DNA of 64,000 bases from a virus. Below the pieces are notes generated by a model. The model was given only the letters and a program-made list of their open reading frames with translations, did no database searches and was not told the origin of the DNA. The stretch is from positions 1 through 64,000 of IMG/VR virus record IMGVR_UViG_3300017917_000321. The stretch is one strand, 5' to 3'. This document shows positions 12,001 through 19,444 of this stretch, in pieces. The first letter of the stretch is position 1; each line of letters begins with the position of its first letter. Both the position numbers and the translations under genes were made by a program.

Positions 12001-14819
12001 AAAGTATTAGAACTACCTTTAACTTAAAATGGCCAATTGATTTACAACCTAAAAATATTAAGGTCTATATTGATGGTGAAGAGCAGTTAAGAAGCTCCTA
12101 TACCTGTTCTAACATAACAAATACAACAGCCGGTTACACTAGAGAACAGGGCAGAATTAAATTTACAGTTCCTCCAGCACAGGATGCTGCTATTAGAATA
12201 GAATACAAGCGTCCTCTGTCTATGCTGTCTGCACCTGATAGAATTAATTTTGCATACAATCCATTAACAGGTATGCTAGGAAAAGACCTAGCACAGCTAA
12301 TGGACGGTATTGATTACGGCGGCGTAGAAATAACCAGCTTTGATTTTGGCGGAACAGCAGGTTGGGATAGCAAGGGTTGGTATACCGATACTTGGGATAC
12401 CTTTGACAATACCTTTGAAGATGATGTGTTTACGTTTGATGGATCAACATCAGCTATTGAGCTTAACGCTCCTTTAGAAGATGGAATGATTTATAATATC
12501 TATCTAAATGGTGTAAGAATTGACGATCCTAATTTTGGAACACCTCAGCAAACTAATCCTAATGCTCTAATGACCACCGTAGTTGGTGATGGTTCTACAG
12601 CCATAATTGATTTTGGTGTATATGATTTTTATGCAAATGACGGCGACGTCATGATTGTAAGAAAGTATACCAGTGATGGTAGCTTTATTCCTGATCCAGA
12701 AAGTTATGATACAGCACTATCAGGTGGAGACATAGCATATTCAACCGCTAAAGGTATTAATGCTGAAGAAATTGTTGTTGATGGTGACGGATTTGTAACA
12801 CCAACAACAAGCAAGGGTCCTGAAGAATTAGTTCCAGGACAGATCATTGATACTCTTGACATTAAAGTTTATTCAAGAAATAGCGGCGGCCAAGGAACTA
12901 TCTATAGTCAGAGTTATATTTTTGATGGAACTGTAACTTATAACCTAGGGGTTGTTCCAGGATCTCGTCCATCGGTATTTGTAAAATTAGACAATGAGCT
13001 ATTAGATGACAGTCAATATACCATTGATTGGGAAAACAATACAGTAACACTAGACATAATAGCTGGACCATATCTAGATACAGAACTGAACATCCTAACA
13101 GTTGAACGCGGTGGTCAGGATATAGTTGATTATGGAAGAATAATTGCTGATGCATCTACTACTGATTACGAATTACCTCGCAAGTATGTTGAAGGTATGA
13201 GCACATTTGTTACTGTAAATGGTATAGAAAAAACAGTAATTCTATATGCTTCTGAAATTACAGGAAATGCATTAATACGATTTACAGACGTACCTGCAGC
13301 CGGTGATATAATTTACTGGACACTATTTAGAACAAATACAACTGTCAATTATAGTGTTATATCAAAAGAAACATTTACAGCAGACGGTATTTCAACAGAA
13401 TTTAACTTGTTGTCAGCTCCGTTCTATGCCGTACCAACTGCATACAATGTAATGGTAAAAGTTGGCAATAGGATTTTAAATCCTGGATATAATATTCAAT
13501 TTGAAATTCCTGCAAACAGACAGAGAGAATTTCCTTTAGAGTCTTTCCAACAACCAGGAAATGCGCTAACTACTGAAAGTATTAATGTTTACTTAAACGG
13601 TGTCCAAATATCTGCTCCTGTGGATTGGAGATTTGATATCTTTAATAGTAGCGTTATCCTTTCTGACAACATAGGAGAAGTTGGTGACAAGCTAGAGATT
13701 TATGTTGTAACAGACGGTGAATATCAACTAAGCGGAACAACACTAACTCTAGTAACTGCTCCTGCTGACGGTGAGATTGTAGAGGTATTTAAATTTAGCA
13801 ATCACAATATTGTAGGAGTTGAACGCATTAACTATGATGTTGTTGCAAGAGACACACTAATAGCCGAAGATATTGATTATGTAACATATAATCGTTTAAC
13901 AGTAGGCGAAATTAAACTAAGAAAACCAGCAGCTGACGTTCAGTATGTTTGGGTAAGTGTAAATGGCGAATTGCTAACACCTAGCGTTGATTACTATCTA
14001 GTTGATAGTAAGACAAAGGTTAGATTAGTAAAAAGACCAGCACAAAATGATGTAATTGATATATTACATTTTACACCAAACGTTTCTCAGCCTAAGTTTG
14101 CGTTTAGGCAGTTTAAAGACATGCTAAACAGAACCCATTATAAGCGTTTAGATGCACCAGTAACGATATTGGCTCAACCATTAAATTCTTATGATTTAAG
14201 AATTGAAGTTGAAGACGGTTCAGTGTTACCAGAGCCTAGCAAGGGGTCTAATCTTCCTGGTATAATCTTCATTAATGGAGAGCGTATCGAGTACCTAGTT
14301 AAAGAAGGCAATACTCTAAGACAACTACGCAGAGGTACACTAGGAACAGGCGTAAAGGATGTACATGCAATTGGTTCAGATGTATATGATCAAAGCGGAC
14401 TAAAGAATATTCCTTATAAGGATGTAACACAGGTACAAAAAGAAGTAGCTGATGGTGCAACTAATACATTTACACTAAACTTTAAGGCAGCATCTGTTAA
14501 CGAGTTTGATGTTTTTGTTGCAGGAAGAAGATTAAGAAAAACAGCAATAGCTGTGTTTAATCCAACACTAGCACTAGATAGTCCAGATGGCGATACTGTA
14601 TCACCTGCTGAATTTACATTAAACAATACAATTAATACAATTACAGGCGCAATTATAAGCAGTCAAGTGGTGCTAGCAGCAACGCCTGGTGCAGATCAAA
14701 CAGTTAATTTTGTAAGAAAAATAGGAAAAGTTTGGAATGAACCAGGACAAAGCCTAGCTAATTCACAGACGGATATAGGACTTTTCTTGAGAGCAGGAAC
14801 AACCAAGCTGCCAGAATAA
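3..14819 (+). CDS. Giant phage baseplate-wedge/tail structural protein, 5'-truncated by the window (>4,930 aa)
   Basis: The frame is open from position 3 (PDGLTANPSLKLYRGQTYRFEIDCPGQP) into the ATG at 87, so the real start lies upstream. Contains GxGYxxxPxVxxxGGGG-type repeats typical of myovirus baseplate/tail proteins (~10600-10740, ~11680-11900), CBM5/12-like and FG-GAP-like repeats, and C-terminal (A/G)DGxxxxF repeats. Followed directly by tail genes. Confidence 0.75.
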   Translation, partial: PDGLTANPSLKLYRGQTYRFEIDCPGQPMAIAISRTFTPGNAVVVAGREGIRGEGLFDAKLYGNDYDLGDYIVLPDSGSVTFNADENVSTLYPDGIRRLGEAGEEIANVYIEKGIIEFTIPLNAPDRLYYISKNDIDVSGLIRIYDIEENTFLNVEEEILGKKTYKSANGVEFTNGLKVEFLGTVLPEIYNQGYWYVEGVGDKIRLIEEKDLIIPAAYTADLNVPFDTEGFDTLPFSDSASYAKEKDYIVINRASKDRNPWSRYNKWIHKDVLIKTAEYNKIAFDIDENLRAKRPIIEFEAGLKLYNYGVFAKKDVDIVDYYTTDVFSTIEGSLGYNIDGIDVADGMRILFVADTDKLVRGKIYQVKFVTIGSTRQISLIETADSEPQNLETVFVINGNKFGGKTFHFHETSWVLAQEKTKRNQAPLFDMFDPVGINYANNTNYGASTFKGTKIFSYKEGTGTVDAELGFPLTYKNIQNSGDIEFSFNLLSDTFTYQTETDIVSVSTSTGNLKKYFDRTNFVYVNGWSKNPTISKQKVIRQYVSTVVDNNNFQIDVYNRAAFLTDLKVNVFVNNQFKKPEVDYTLDRINEKVFVRFFTDLAENSNVIIKTHSSQAKNENGWYDFPINLERNPLNEDISSFTFGEVLDHVDSMIEDIYGFDGAFPGTSNLRDLGDLDIYGKRFVKHSGPVNLPLYHVTNRTYNIVKALEFSRREYARFKRIFIETATNFGYDGVYKTHVDLILNEINKDKIKSQPFYFSDMINWGNESNIIEYEILDARNPYYALSQTFNLNSLSQRSVNVYLNDNQLVHGKDYTFNDEGFLVLNSYQQDGDILRIYESDSTDGSFIPPTPTKLGLYPSYVPQLIIDDTFVATEPTVNGPWKVYGEEESSGRIGWFYPVYTSRRSAQQADSANTAKQLVLAGCNRVFYIPANTGIEYGPDNVELEEYPVGVALIRGHDGSFVKAFKDYRDNLLLDLEKRIFNNIKISYDNTLLDFYDFVPGKYRKTEFTRNELNESLRSSFVEWLNLVETDFTSNNFYDRENQFTFNYSSMNSIVDGALLPGHWRAVYKEMFDTDRPHSHPWEILGFSKKPSWWNEVYGPAPYTGNNGVMWDDIEKGIIREPGKQIKVIEKFARPGLSGYIPVDGKGRLLSPIACNIAKNFAYRTTTQSFNFGDEAPTETAWRRSSEYPFALLKAWLVNQPSKVMGLGFDVSRITKNLVGQYVYEDTNKHLVLADLQLPNTYADTTRVQTAGLVNFIYNLVASNILTIYDGYKSDLANIRNQLGLKLAGFTDKKKLKIILDSRSPKASETEGIFVPEENYQVFLNTSSPVESIVYSGVIVEKAPTGFIIRGYNNEVPYFKYFQAQSTQNDITVTVGGITESSSEWSPNRRYYAGQLLTNNFKYYRVVNNYTSGASFTSDNLALLSDVPITGGKRAQFKRNFLKTSYKILTYGTKLATSQDVVDFLLGYDAYLKYQGFSFDYFNRETTFVENWDNAAREFLFWTTQGWASGTTIALSPGSSSLSLKTSYAVADDILDAFYSYGVTKQNGDALDRKYISIYRNKNDFEIRPKNTTDGIYGVSIPVVQKEHVVIVDNTTVFNDIIYQPATGYRQERLKVSGYRSDNWTGGLDIPGFVFDDAKVTEWEPWQDYNVGDLVKYKQFYYVAIYQVVGSEEFNSTFWYRLNEKPEPKLYTNFDYKINQFADFYDLDSDNFDAEQQRLAQHLIGYQKREYLANIINDDISQYKFYQGFIQDKGTKNAITKLFDPLSSSDRDSFDFYEEWAIQVGRYGAVDNVQQVEYILNEKDFQESPQPVQLVNRLPTEKFDNIYRIRPFEVYDKPEDYNHAPFPTTIIDPNYLMTSGYVHEDDVEYKAGTIDDLEITDINQLQLGQYIWLTRTDNDSWTVYQISDSVANVTTLEETGTFTENNKPIFKITLDRWAAPILNAGDLIGIKGASEYSLTGIYRVDFLDAATVNFVAPIENEIGTFDNQNFVLVKLRTVRVDNLAALNNLTQEKIYNNQRVWVDDYKNSAWGVFENSPVYGAVQQVISNPALFDSTEHRFSHSMTATENNYNVFVSAPGDGDGAVYHFRRTKDTNNLIQEPELAIPSDLYDPLNSKFGESISVSPDGEFLAVGIPDASKIKTRFKGDFDPTVTYNKNEIVRYRESLWKANRAILPTTASQPFSTFDTYVQLVNESDTDSTAIRLLVAGNPGLENSISDHFLVRAPLDMYLGTQAGDTVKLAWNPRSFAYPTLDVYQPFDNEIPELSSYIENVHEIQAKIDHVFFIETFVGLPVSGDRVTTDTGSGIVHYVDIKGDSAVVYVKDTNGTFDLSGELYINETDFIGFYSEEDTYNAADNLGGFWLFKTYKIGEDPEGGYTSELADVDGFTYNNNSRWFDIGRGLVYVDVVTSANIGNPGRPFNYYNIQEVIAAIGTYIANKDQASFISQLTYFGDPGRTYLVDTEGEYPSDLWVVRGAKAYTDTLTIGDDVQFRLYNLDNRIIDVASAGFTYDILNKEQTVYDLWDGYIDFEYTRFDANGDVFEPVIGDILEDVQTPFDEFGGLALTSESTSTAEVVFYQRKFNSVRVYLKNKVGDWKKLNNIGRVELRRKANTVARGPGDVDRTIGTINDFNNDVVLGSSLIGKLVVFQHTADFPLVETPYITDEEYYFFNELIEGGAARDENPPNSLNKDYTQVYNIPGDEFGQEGADGAGAVAIFNRTSNGSYKLLVLLDSEYSAANRKFGQKVKLVKNKGLYTLFVSSVGDTADDFGSIEIFKHGYEDGETFKGTWKITSDYLKDDIVLYKDNYYKAVKNVSSADAAPIFNSIYWNKISWRQAKDENYRGPLNTVYPYNLGSIVSYDGALYRAKTNIAAGATLTATDWEVVSSNVDYLGYLPNRTGNAFFGEEEYIPSNTYIEQFAIDFEVSASGSVLAVLTKEVDSDSTSRVNMVIYRLSGEQYVLDQTLELGRNTTKLAMSPQGNIIAVSEPENDEKKTDQGKVVVYRQVDGAFTYAQTLLPPQNEASEKFGSSIAFSEDNLVVSSLNGDMKIPTTFDVVNNNETTFDKGYTTFRNVIHDTGVVYIFEDIEDSLVFSESFRYDNATIKFGENLLANKNHIYVGMQQVGNDNYKGTILNYRKARNAFAWNRTRELVPPVDVSKIRGAFLYNRRTNQIVTYLDYIDPIQGKIAGPAEQEITHKVPYDPATYNVGVFTGIDKDTFWADEHVGEVWWNIKTSRFTYPYQGDIKYQKANWNELQPRASVDVYEWVESRFLPSQWDSLADTEQAINEGISGVSVYGDNLYSQKFVYDPVSKTFSNRFYFWVSKKLTVPQVENRSISVFDIARLIATPREQGYRFISFLGADRFLLNNCDSLIYNDDIVLNIKYATADNLEQQLHSAYYIMSEGLASSEVHPDIERKWWDSLIGSDEQGRAVPAENLTVKQKYGVQNRPRQGMFVNSIEALKQFIERVNSVLIEQPILDGYNIDPLLQKDLKPTEISRTFDSTIDTLEELSLVSTNKVVQAVLTPVIQNGRIVRVDIDEPGRGYKVAPTYDLIGPGEDAEFDITINNLGQITAVTILNSGKGYDGNTSLLVRRYSVLVNSDSSIHGKWAIYAWDAATSTWIRTTIQGYDVTAWWSYTDWYAEGYNSFTKADYELAITNDIFNVNDQLGDIIKIQNVGSGGWLLLEKTGSEDSEDYTVNYKTVGRQNGTIQFSNAFYNTTRNSIGFDNRNYDSVTYDNVPVKELRIILETIKNNIFIGDLKAEYNKLFFASLRYILTEQNYVDWFFKTSFIKIKHNIGKLEQDLTFNTDTLSSYRQYVDEVKPYKTVIREFVSAYEAVDGTNSSVTDFDLAPYYSYTDKKNKTVNAIVASNSIVSDNEKLLEYPRKHWVENNGYSVKEIRVKNGGSGFIFKPIVKLVGGGGTGAKAEAYLGYGKVTAIKVTDPGKNYITSPTVVIEGSQLDSGTPATASAILGNGVVRSPSIKIKFDRTSKNYFITALAQIENFVGESIRTTFNLKWPIDLQPKNIKVYIDGEEQLRSSYTCSNITNTTAGYTREQGRIKFTVPPAQDAAIRIEYKRPLSMLSAPDRINFAYNPLTGMLGKDLAQLMDGIDYGGVEITSFDFGGTAGWDSKGWYTDTWDTFDNTFEDDVFTFDGSTSAIELNAPLEDGMIYNIYLNGVRIDDPNFGTPQQTNPNALMTTVVGDGSTAIIDFGVYDFYANDGDVMIVRKYTSDGSFIPDPESYDTALSGGDIAYSTAKGINAEEIVVDGDGFVTPTTSKGPEELVPGQIIDTLDIKVYSRNSGGQGTIYSQSYIFDGTVTYNLGVVPGSRPSVFVKLDNELLDDSQYTIDWENNTVTLDIIAGPYLDTELNILTVERGGQDIVDYGRIIADASTTDYELPRKYVEGMSTFVTVNGIEKTVILYASEITGNALIRFTDVPAAGDIIYWTLFRTNTTVNYSVISKETFTADGISTEFNLLSAPFYAVPTAYNVMVKVGNRILNPGYNIQFEIPANRQREFPLESFQQPGNALTTESINVYLNGVQISAPVDWRFDIFNSSVILSDNIGEVGDKLEIYVVTDGEYQLSGTTLTLVTAPADGEIVEVFKFSNHNIVGVERINYDVVARDTLIAEDIDYVTYNRLTVGEIKLRKPAADVQYVWVSVNGELLTPSVDYYLVDSKTKVRLVKRPAQNDVIDILHFTPNVSQPKFAFRQFKDMLNRTHYKRLDAPVTILAQPLNSYDLRIEVEDGSVLPEPSKGSNLPGIIFINGERIEYLVKEGNTLRQLRRGTLGTGVKDVHAIGSDVYDQSGLKNIPYKDVTQVQKEVADGATNTFTLNFKAASVNEFDVFVAGRRLRKTAIAVFNPTLALDSPDGDTVSPAEFTLNNTINTITGAIISSQVVLAATPGADQTVNFVRKIGKVWNEPGQSLANSQTDIGLFLRAGTTKLPE

Positions 14820-14822
14820 ATA
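14817..14822 (+). promoter_or_regulatory. T4-type late-promoter-like motif (ATAAATA)
   Basis: TAAATA overlaps the stop codon of the giant gene, just upstream of the next structural gene. Confidence 0.5.
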
Positions 14823-14851
14823 CAGTGTGGAAAAAGGAAACGAGCGAAATT

Positions 14852-15442
14852 ATGCAAGATAACAGCGGAATTTTAGTACAGGGACACATAAAGATATATG
14901 ATCCCCTATCTAAAGAAGTCTACGTCAATAAGCGTAACGCCATACATTACGAAAACATGAGTTTAGCTCTAGCTGAAAGTTTAAGTAATGCAGGGCAAGG
15001 GTTTATCTACGAAATGAGCTTTGGAAATGGAGGAACATCGGTTGACCCCACCGGTATCATAACATACTTGACACCAAACTCAGCGGGCACAAATGCCAGT
15101 CTCTACAACCAAACATATACCAAGGTAGTTGATGATAGATCAGTTAACAATACTGACCCAGCTAGAAATTATCTTGAAACAAGACACGTAAGCGGTACAA
15201 ATTATACTGACATTTTAGTTAGCTGCTTGTTAGATTACGGTGAGCCCGAAGGTCAAGATGCGTTTGATACAGCAAATGACGCCAGCGGTGAATTCGTCTT
15301 TGACGAATTAGGACTAAGAAGTTATTCCCCATCAGGTACAGGTAGACTTATTACGCACGTTATTTTCCACCCCGTACAAAAATCACTGAATAGATTAATC
15401 CAGATTGATTATACTGTTCGCGTACAGAGCTTGTCGGGTTAA
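14852..15442 (+). CDS. Phage tail/baseplate-associated structural protein
   Basis: GHIKIYDP..KRNAIHYEN..FDELGL..LITHVIFHPVQKSLNR..IDYTVRVQ pattern resembles tail-fibre-collar/baseplate connector proteins; lies between baseplate and fibre genes. ATG 14852 preferred; GTG 14825 possible. Confidence 0.6.
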   Translation: MQDNSGILVQGHIKIYDPLSKEVYVNKRNAIHYENMSLALAESLSNAGQGFIYEMSFGNGGTSVDPTGIITYLTPNSAGTNASLYNQTYTKVVDDRSVNNTDPARNYLETRHVSGTNYTDILVSCLLDYGEPEGQDAFDTANDASGEFVFDELGLRSYSPSGTGRLITHVIFHPVQKSLNRLIQIDYTVRVQSLSG

Positions 15443-15453
15443 GGAGCAAATAA

Positions 15454-17508
15454 ATGGCATATGAAGTAAGTTATACAGACAGTGTTAACAAGGGTGTAAT
15501 TGTTGTTGAGGACGCTACTCTCAACACAGAAACATCGATATCACTGCCTGGTAGAAATAACACAGGATATGGTCAAGCAATAGCAGAAAATTTCTTACAT
15601 CTGTTAGAAAATTTTGCTAATACAACTCCTCCCGAACGACCAGTTGAAGGTCAGCTTTGGTATGATAACACTGACGGTGTTGACCAGCTTAAGGTATATG
15701 ATGGAACTACATGGTCTGCTGCGGGCGGCCTAAAGAAATCAACTACTTTACCGTCTGTTGCTAATTCGCTAGCAGGCGATCTATGGGTTAATACAGATGC
15801 ACAGCAGTTGTACCTATTTACAGGCAGTCAATGGATTTTAGTAGGTCCGGATTTCAGCGATGGATTGTTAACTGGAGCAAAAGCTGAGGTTATTGTTGGT
15901 ACCGACGATGTTAGTTACAATGTATTAACAATCAAGATTGAAGATAAAACTGCTGCAATTATCAGTTCTAGAGCATTTACACCAAAAAGTTCTATTCCTG
16001 GATTTAGAACAGGGGTACAAGCCGGTTTTAATATCGCTTCAACACCTATAGTTGGTAGCGAAACTCTCAAGTACTACGGCCTATCAGATAAAGCTGAAAA
16101 TTTAGTTGTAAGCGGAGAATCGATTCCTGCTAGTAATTTCTTAAGAGCAGACGCTGCCTCAACTACTAATTATCAGTTAAAAGTTAAAACTAATGACGGT
16201 TTACAAGTTGGATCTGGTGGACAAATAAACATTAAAGTAGCCGGGGAGTCAGGAGTTATACAACATAATACTCCAGGCGCCAACATTGACTTTGTTTTAA
16301 GAGAAGGTAATACCAACAATACTGTTATGAGAATTGACAGTACACAGAAAGTTGGTATTAACAATACTGCTCCGGACGAAGACCTTGATGTTATAGGTAA
16401 CGTTCAAATTAGTTCTAAGCCAACTGATGCTACTACAGGTGTTTTAAAAATTGAAAGCACTATTAATTCTGATTCAATTAATGAAGGATCGTTAATAGTT
16501 AAAGGTGGCGCTGGCATTGCATTAAATTTAAACGTTGGCGGCAATGTAGATATCGCCGGTGTTCTAGTTACAGGTAATGTAGCACCTGATGCAAACAGTG
16601 AAAGAAACATTGGTAGTCCTACAAACAAATATGACCAAATTTATGCAACAACATTCTTTGGAAACGTACAAGGTAATGTAAGCGGAACAGTAACAGGTCG
16701 TGCAGGATCAGCTGATAAGTTGGCTTCTGCTACAACTTTTGCGGTTGACGGCGATGTAGATTTTAACAGCTTTGCATTTGACGGTCAAACAGGCGGCTCA
16801 ACAAAGACCTTTGATGTAAGAATTCGTAACAGCTTTGTTAGTAATAAAGATGTTATCTATGATGTAGATAACGCAGACGAGATATTAGTAAACAAGGTTA
16901 TTGGTACAACTGGTTTGTACAGAGTTACAAAAAGAAATTTCTTAAAGAGTATTCCATTAATACCGCCAGGATTTATGGGCCCGTACGGGGGATCAGAAGC
17001 ACCCGAAGGTTGGTTACTGTGCGATGGCTCTGAGTTGAGAAAGTCTGATTATCCGTTACTTTGGGCAGCTATAGGCTTTAACTTTAGAGATGCATCATTA
17101 ATCAGTGACGGCGGCGTTAATTATTTTGCTCTTCCTGATCTAAGAGGAAGATTTGCACTAGGTGCAGACAACATGGGAGGCCCAAGCGCAAATAGAGTTA
17201 CTAGTTCAGCAGCTGATGCTGTAGGTAATAGTTCAGGCGAAGAAAGCAAAACTATTGGAATAGAAAATCTACCAGAGCACGAACACGATCTAGAAGGTCC
17301 AAGCGGAACGCAGTATTACGGTATCAGAGTTGGAGCAGGAGCACCATTAGATGAAGCCGCTATAACGCTACCAGTTGAGCCAGGCGGCGGCGGCACACAG
17401 GGGTTTGCTTCAAGCGGCGGCGTCTTAACTACCGCAACACTTGGTACTCCATTAGATGTTATGAACCCATATCTAGTAGTTAACTACATAATTTATACTG
17501 GACAATAA
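15454..17508 (+). CDS. Tail fibre protein with C-terminal phage tail collar domain
   Basis: C-terminal PPGFMGPYGGSEAPEGWLLCDG..YPLLWAAIG..FALPDLRGRF..NLPEHEH..MNPYLVVNYII is a classic tail collar (MdpB-like) motif; N-terminal ENFLHLLENFA module; AAGGAG RBS. Confidence 0.85.
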   Translation: MAYEVSYTDSVNKGVIVVEDATLNTETSISLPGRNNTGYGQAIAENFLHLLENFANTTPPERPVEGQLWYDNTDGVDQLKVYDGTTWSAAGGLKKSTTLPSVANSLAGDLWVNTDAQQLYLFTGSQWILVGPDFSDGLLTGAKAEVIVGTDDVSYNVLTIKIEDKTAAIISSRAFTPKSSIPGFRTGVQAGFNIASTPIVGSETLKYYGLSDKAENLVVSGESIPASNFLRADAASTTNYQLKVKTNDGLQVGSGGQINIKVAGESGVIQHNTPGANIDFVLREGNTNNTVMRIDSTQKVGINNTAPDEDLDVIGNVQISSKPTDATTGVLKIESTINSDSINEGSLIVKGGAGIALNLNVGGNVDIAGVLVTGNVAPDANSERNIGSPTNKYDQIYATTFFGNVQGNVSGTVTGRAGSADKLASATTFAVDGDVDFNSFAFDGQTGGSTKTFDVRIRNSFVSNKDVIYDVDNADEILVNKVIGTTGLYRVTKRNFLKSIPLIPPGFMGPYGGSEAPEGWLLCDGSELRKSDYPLLWAAIGFNFRDASLISDGGVNYFALPDLRGRFALGADNMGGPSANRVTSSAADAVGNSSGEESKTIGIENLPEHEHDLEGPSGTQYYGIRVGAGAPLDEAAITLPVEPGGGGTQGFASSGGVLTTATLGTPLDVMNPYLVVNYIIYTGQ

Positions 17509-17509
17509 G

Positions 17510-19402
17510 ATGAGTTATCAATTAAACAAAACAGACGGAACGATTTTAACAGATCTAATTGACGGTCAAATTGATGTTGAAAGTACTAATCTTACTCTGG
17601 TAGGTAAAAACTATACAGGCTATGGTGAAGCATTCAATGAAAATTTTATTAAACTTTTAGAAAACTTTGCCAATACTGCTGCACCAAGTAATCCTATTGC
17701 TGGACAACTATGGTGGGACACTGCTGAACAGAGATTAAAAGTTTATGACGGCACTGTGTGGAAAGCGTCAGGCGGACCCTATGTTCAAGAAACTAGACCA
17801 CAAATGGTTCAGGGCGATCTTTGGATTGATAACTTAAACAATCAAGTATATGCCTATGATGGCGCTGATACTATTTTAATAGGACCTATCTATACACAGT
17901 CTCAAGGCATAAGCGGTTTTCAAATAGCTAACATTCTTGACACACAAAGTAGATCACGTACTGTGGCTAAGTTTTACATTGGCGGAACTTTAGTCGGTGT
18001 GTTTAGTAATATTGAATTTGAACCGCAGTATTCGCAACGTATAACAAGTTTAATAACTGTTGACAATCCTTCAGGAATTATATACGAAGGATTTAATATT
18101 GTAAATTCTTCTACATTTAAATTCTATGGAACTGCTAGTAGCTCTAATGCTCTTGTTAGCGGAACAGGAACAATTAGAACAGCTGATCAGTTTTTACCAT
18201 CGGACACTGACGGAATTACAGTTGGAACACTGACTATACAAAATTCGGGTGGTTTAACTATTGGTCTTTCACAGAACAACGTACAAAAAGTAGTTGGACC
18301 TCGCTTCTACATTGAAAATCAGTTAAGAGATCACGACATAAGCCTTCGTGTACGCAGTTCACTATACGAGTCTATTATTGTTGATGCGCTGTATATTGAT
18401 GCGTCAGCAGGAAAGATCGGTATATTTACAACTAATAGATTGCCTGAATATACGCTAGATGTTGAAGGTGATTTAAGAGTAACAGGTGATTTAATTGTAC
18501 AAGGTGATACAACTAAGATTGAAGTTGCTACACTACGAGTTGAAGATAAAAATATAGAACTAGCATCATTAAATGATAGCAGTCTAGGTGACGACGCTGT
18601 AGCAGATGGCGCTGGAATTATTGTAAAATCTACCGATGGAGACAAGACTCTAACTTGGGAATTAATAACAGATTCATGGACTTCTAATAAGAGTTTTGAT
18701 CTTTCTGATAATTCTCTAAGTTTTAGCATCGGCGGAAGCGCAAAACTCAACACTGACAGTTTAACAAATATACTGTATGCCGATGATCTTGTTAGAATAG
18801 GTACACTTCAGTTTTTAGATGTTGATAATATTAATATTAACGGTAATACTATCACTAGTAGCTTAGGAATGGTTATTACAGCCGCATCTGGAATTAATAT
18901 AACTGCCGGCGGAAATATTGCTATTCAAGATAGCCAAAAAATTACAGGCCTAGCTGATCCAACTAGTCCTCAGGATGCTGCAACTAAATCCTATGTTGAT
19001 AATGCAACTGTTACAGCACCTGTTGTTTTTAGTTTAGATATTACAGCTTTGGGATCAGGACTAACACTACAATCAAATGTATCAGGATATTTGAATGATT
19101 TGTTTCCTTCAAATCCCGGTAATACAGGAAAATTAGCTAGAATACATACAGTTTCGTATTCAGGAGCAACAGTTAGCGGTATTAACGTAACAGTCACCGA
19201 AACACCAAATATTACAGGTGTTTTATCCGTATCCAGGGTGGCGGTAGATTCTAACGGAACGCAGAACGAATCAGTTATACAGGATATTGTTTCATCAAAT
19301 ACGGCGTCAGGTGTAGCAGTTTTGACGCCGATTAGAGGATTAATGGTTTTTGAGAGCTCAGGTTCCGGGTGGAATCATGTGTCAACGACTGCTTATCCGT
19401 AA
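17510..19402 (+). CDS. Tail fibre-like structural protein (paralogous N-terminal module)
   Basis: N-terminus GKNYTGYGE..ENFIKLLENFA..GQLWWD..LKVYDG shared with its neighbours; ITGLADPTSPQDAATKSYVD fibre motif; beta-rich G/T/S composition. Confidence 0.75.
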   Translation: MSYQLNKTDGTILTDLIDGQIDVESTNLTLVGKNYTGYGEAFNENFIKLLENFANTAAPSNPIAGQLWWDTAEQRLKVYDGTVWKASGGPYVQETRPQMVQGDLWIDNLNNQVYAYDGADTILIGPIYTQSQGISGFQIANILDTQSRSRTVAKFYIGGTLVGVFSNIEFEPQYSQRITSLITVDNPSGIIYEGFNIVNSSTFKFYGTASSSNALVSGTGTIRTADQFLPSDTDGITVGTLTIQNSGGLTIGLSQNNVQKVVGPRFYIENQLRDHDISLRVRSSLYESIIVDALYIDASAGKIGIFTTNRLPEYTLDVEGDLRVTGDLIVQGDTTKIEVATLRVEDKNIELASLNDSSLGDDAVADGAGIIVKSTDGDKTLTWELITDSWTSNKSFDLSDNSLSFSIGGSAKLNTDSLTNILYADDLVRIGTLQFLDVDNININGNTITSSLGMVITAASGINITAGGNIAIQDSQKITGLADPTSPQDAATKSYVDNATVTAPVVFSLDITALGSGLTLQSNVSGYLNDLFPSNPGNTGKLARIHTVSYSGATVSGINVTVTETPNITGVLSVSRVAVDSNGTQNESVIQDIVSSNTASGVAVLTPIRGLMVFESSGSGWNHVSTTAYP

Positions 19403-19409
19403 TTTACGA

Positions 19410-19415
19410 TAAATA
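19410..19415 (+). promoter_or_regulatory. Late-promoter-like TAAATA
   Basis: GATAAATA in the short intergenic gap upstream of the fibre gene at 19445. Confidence 0.5.
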
Positions 19416-19444
19416 ACATAAAGCACTATTAGGGGTTATTACAG

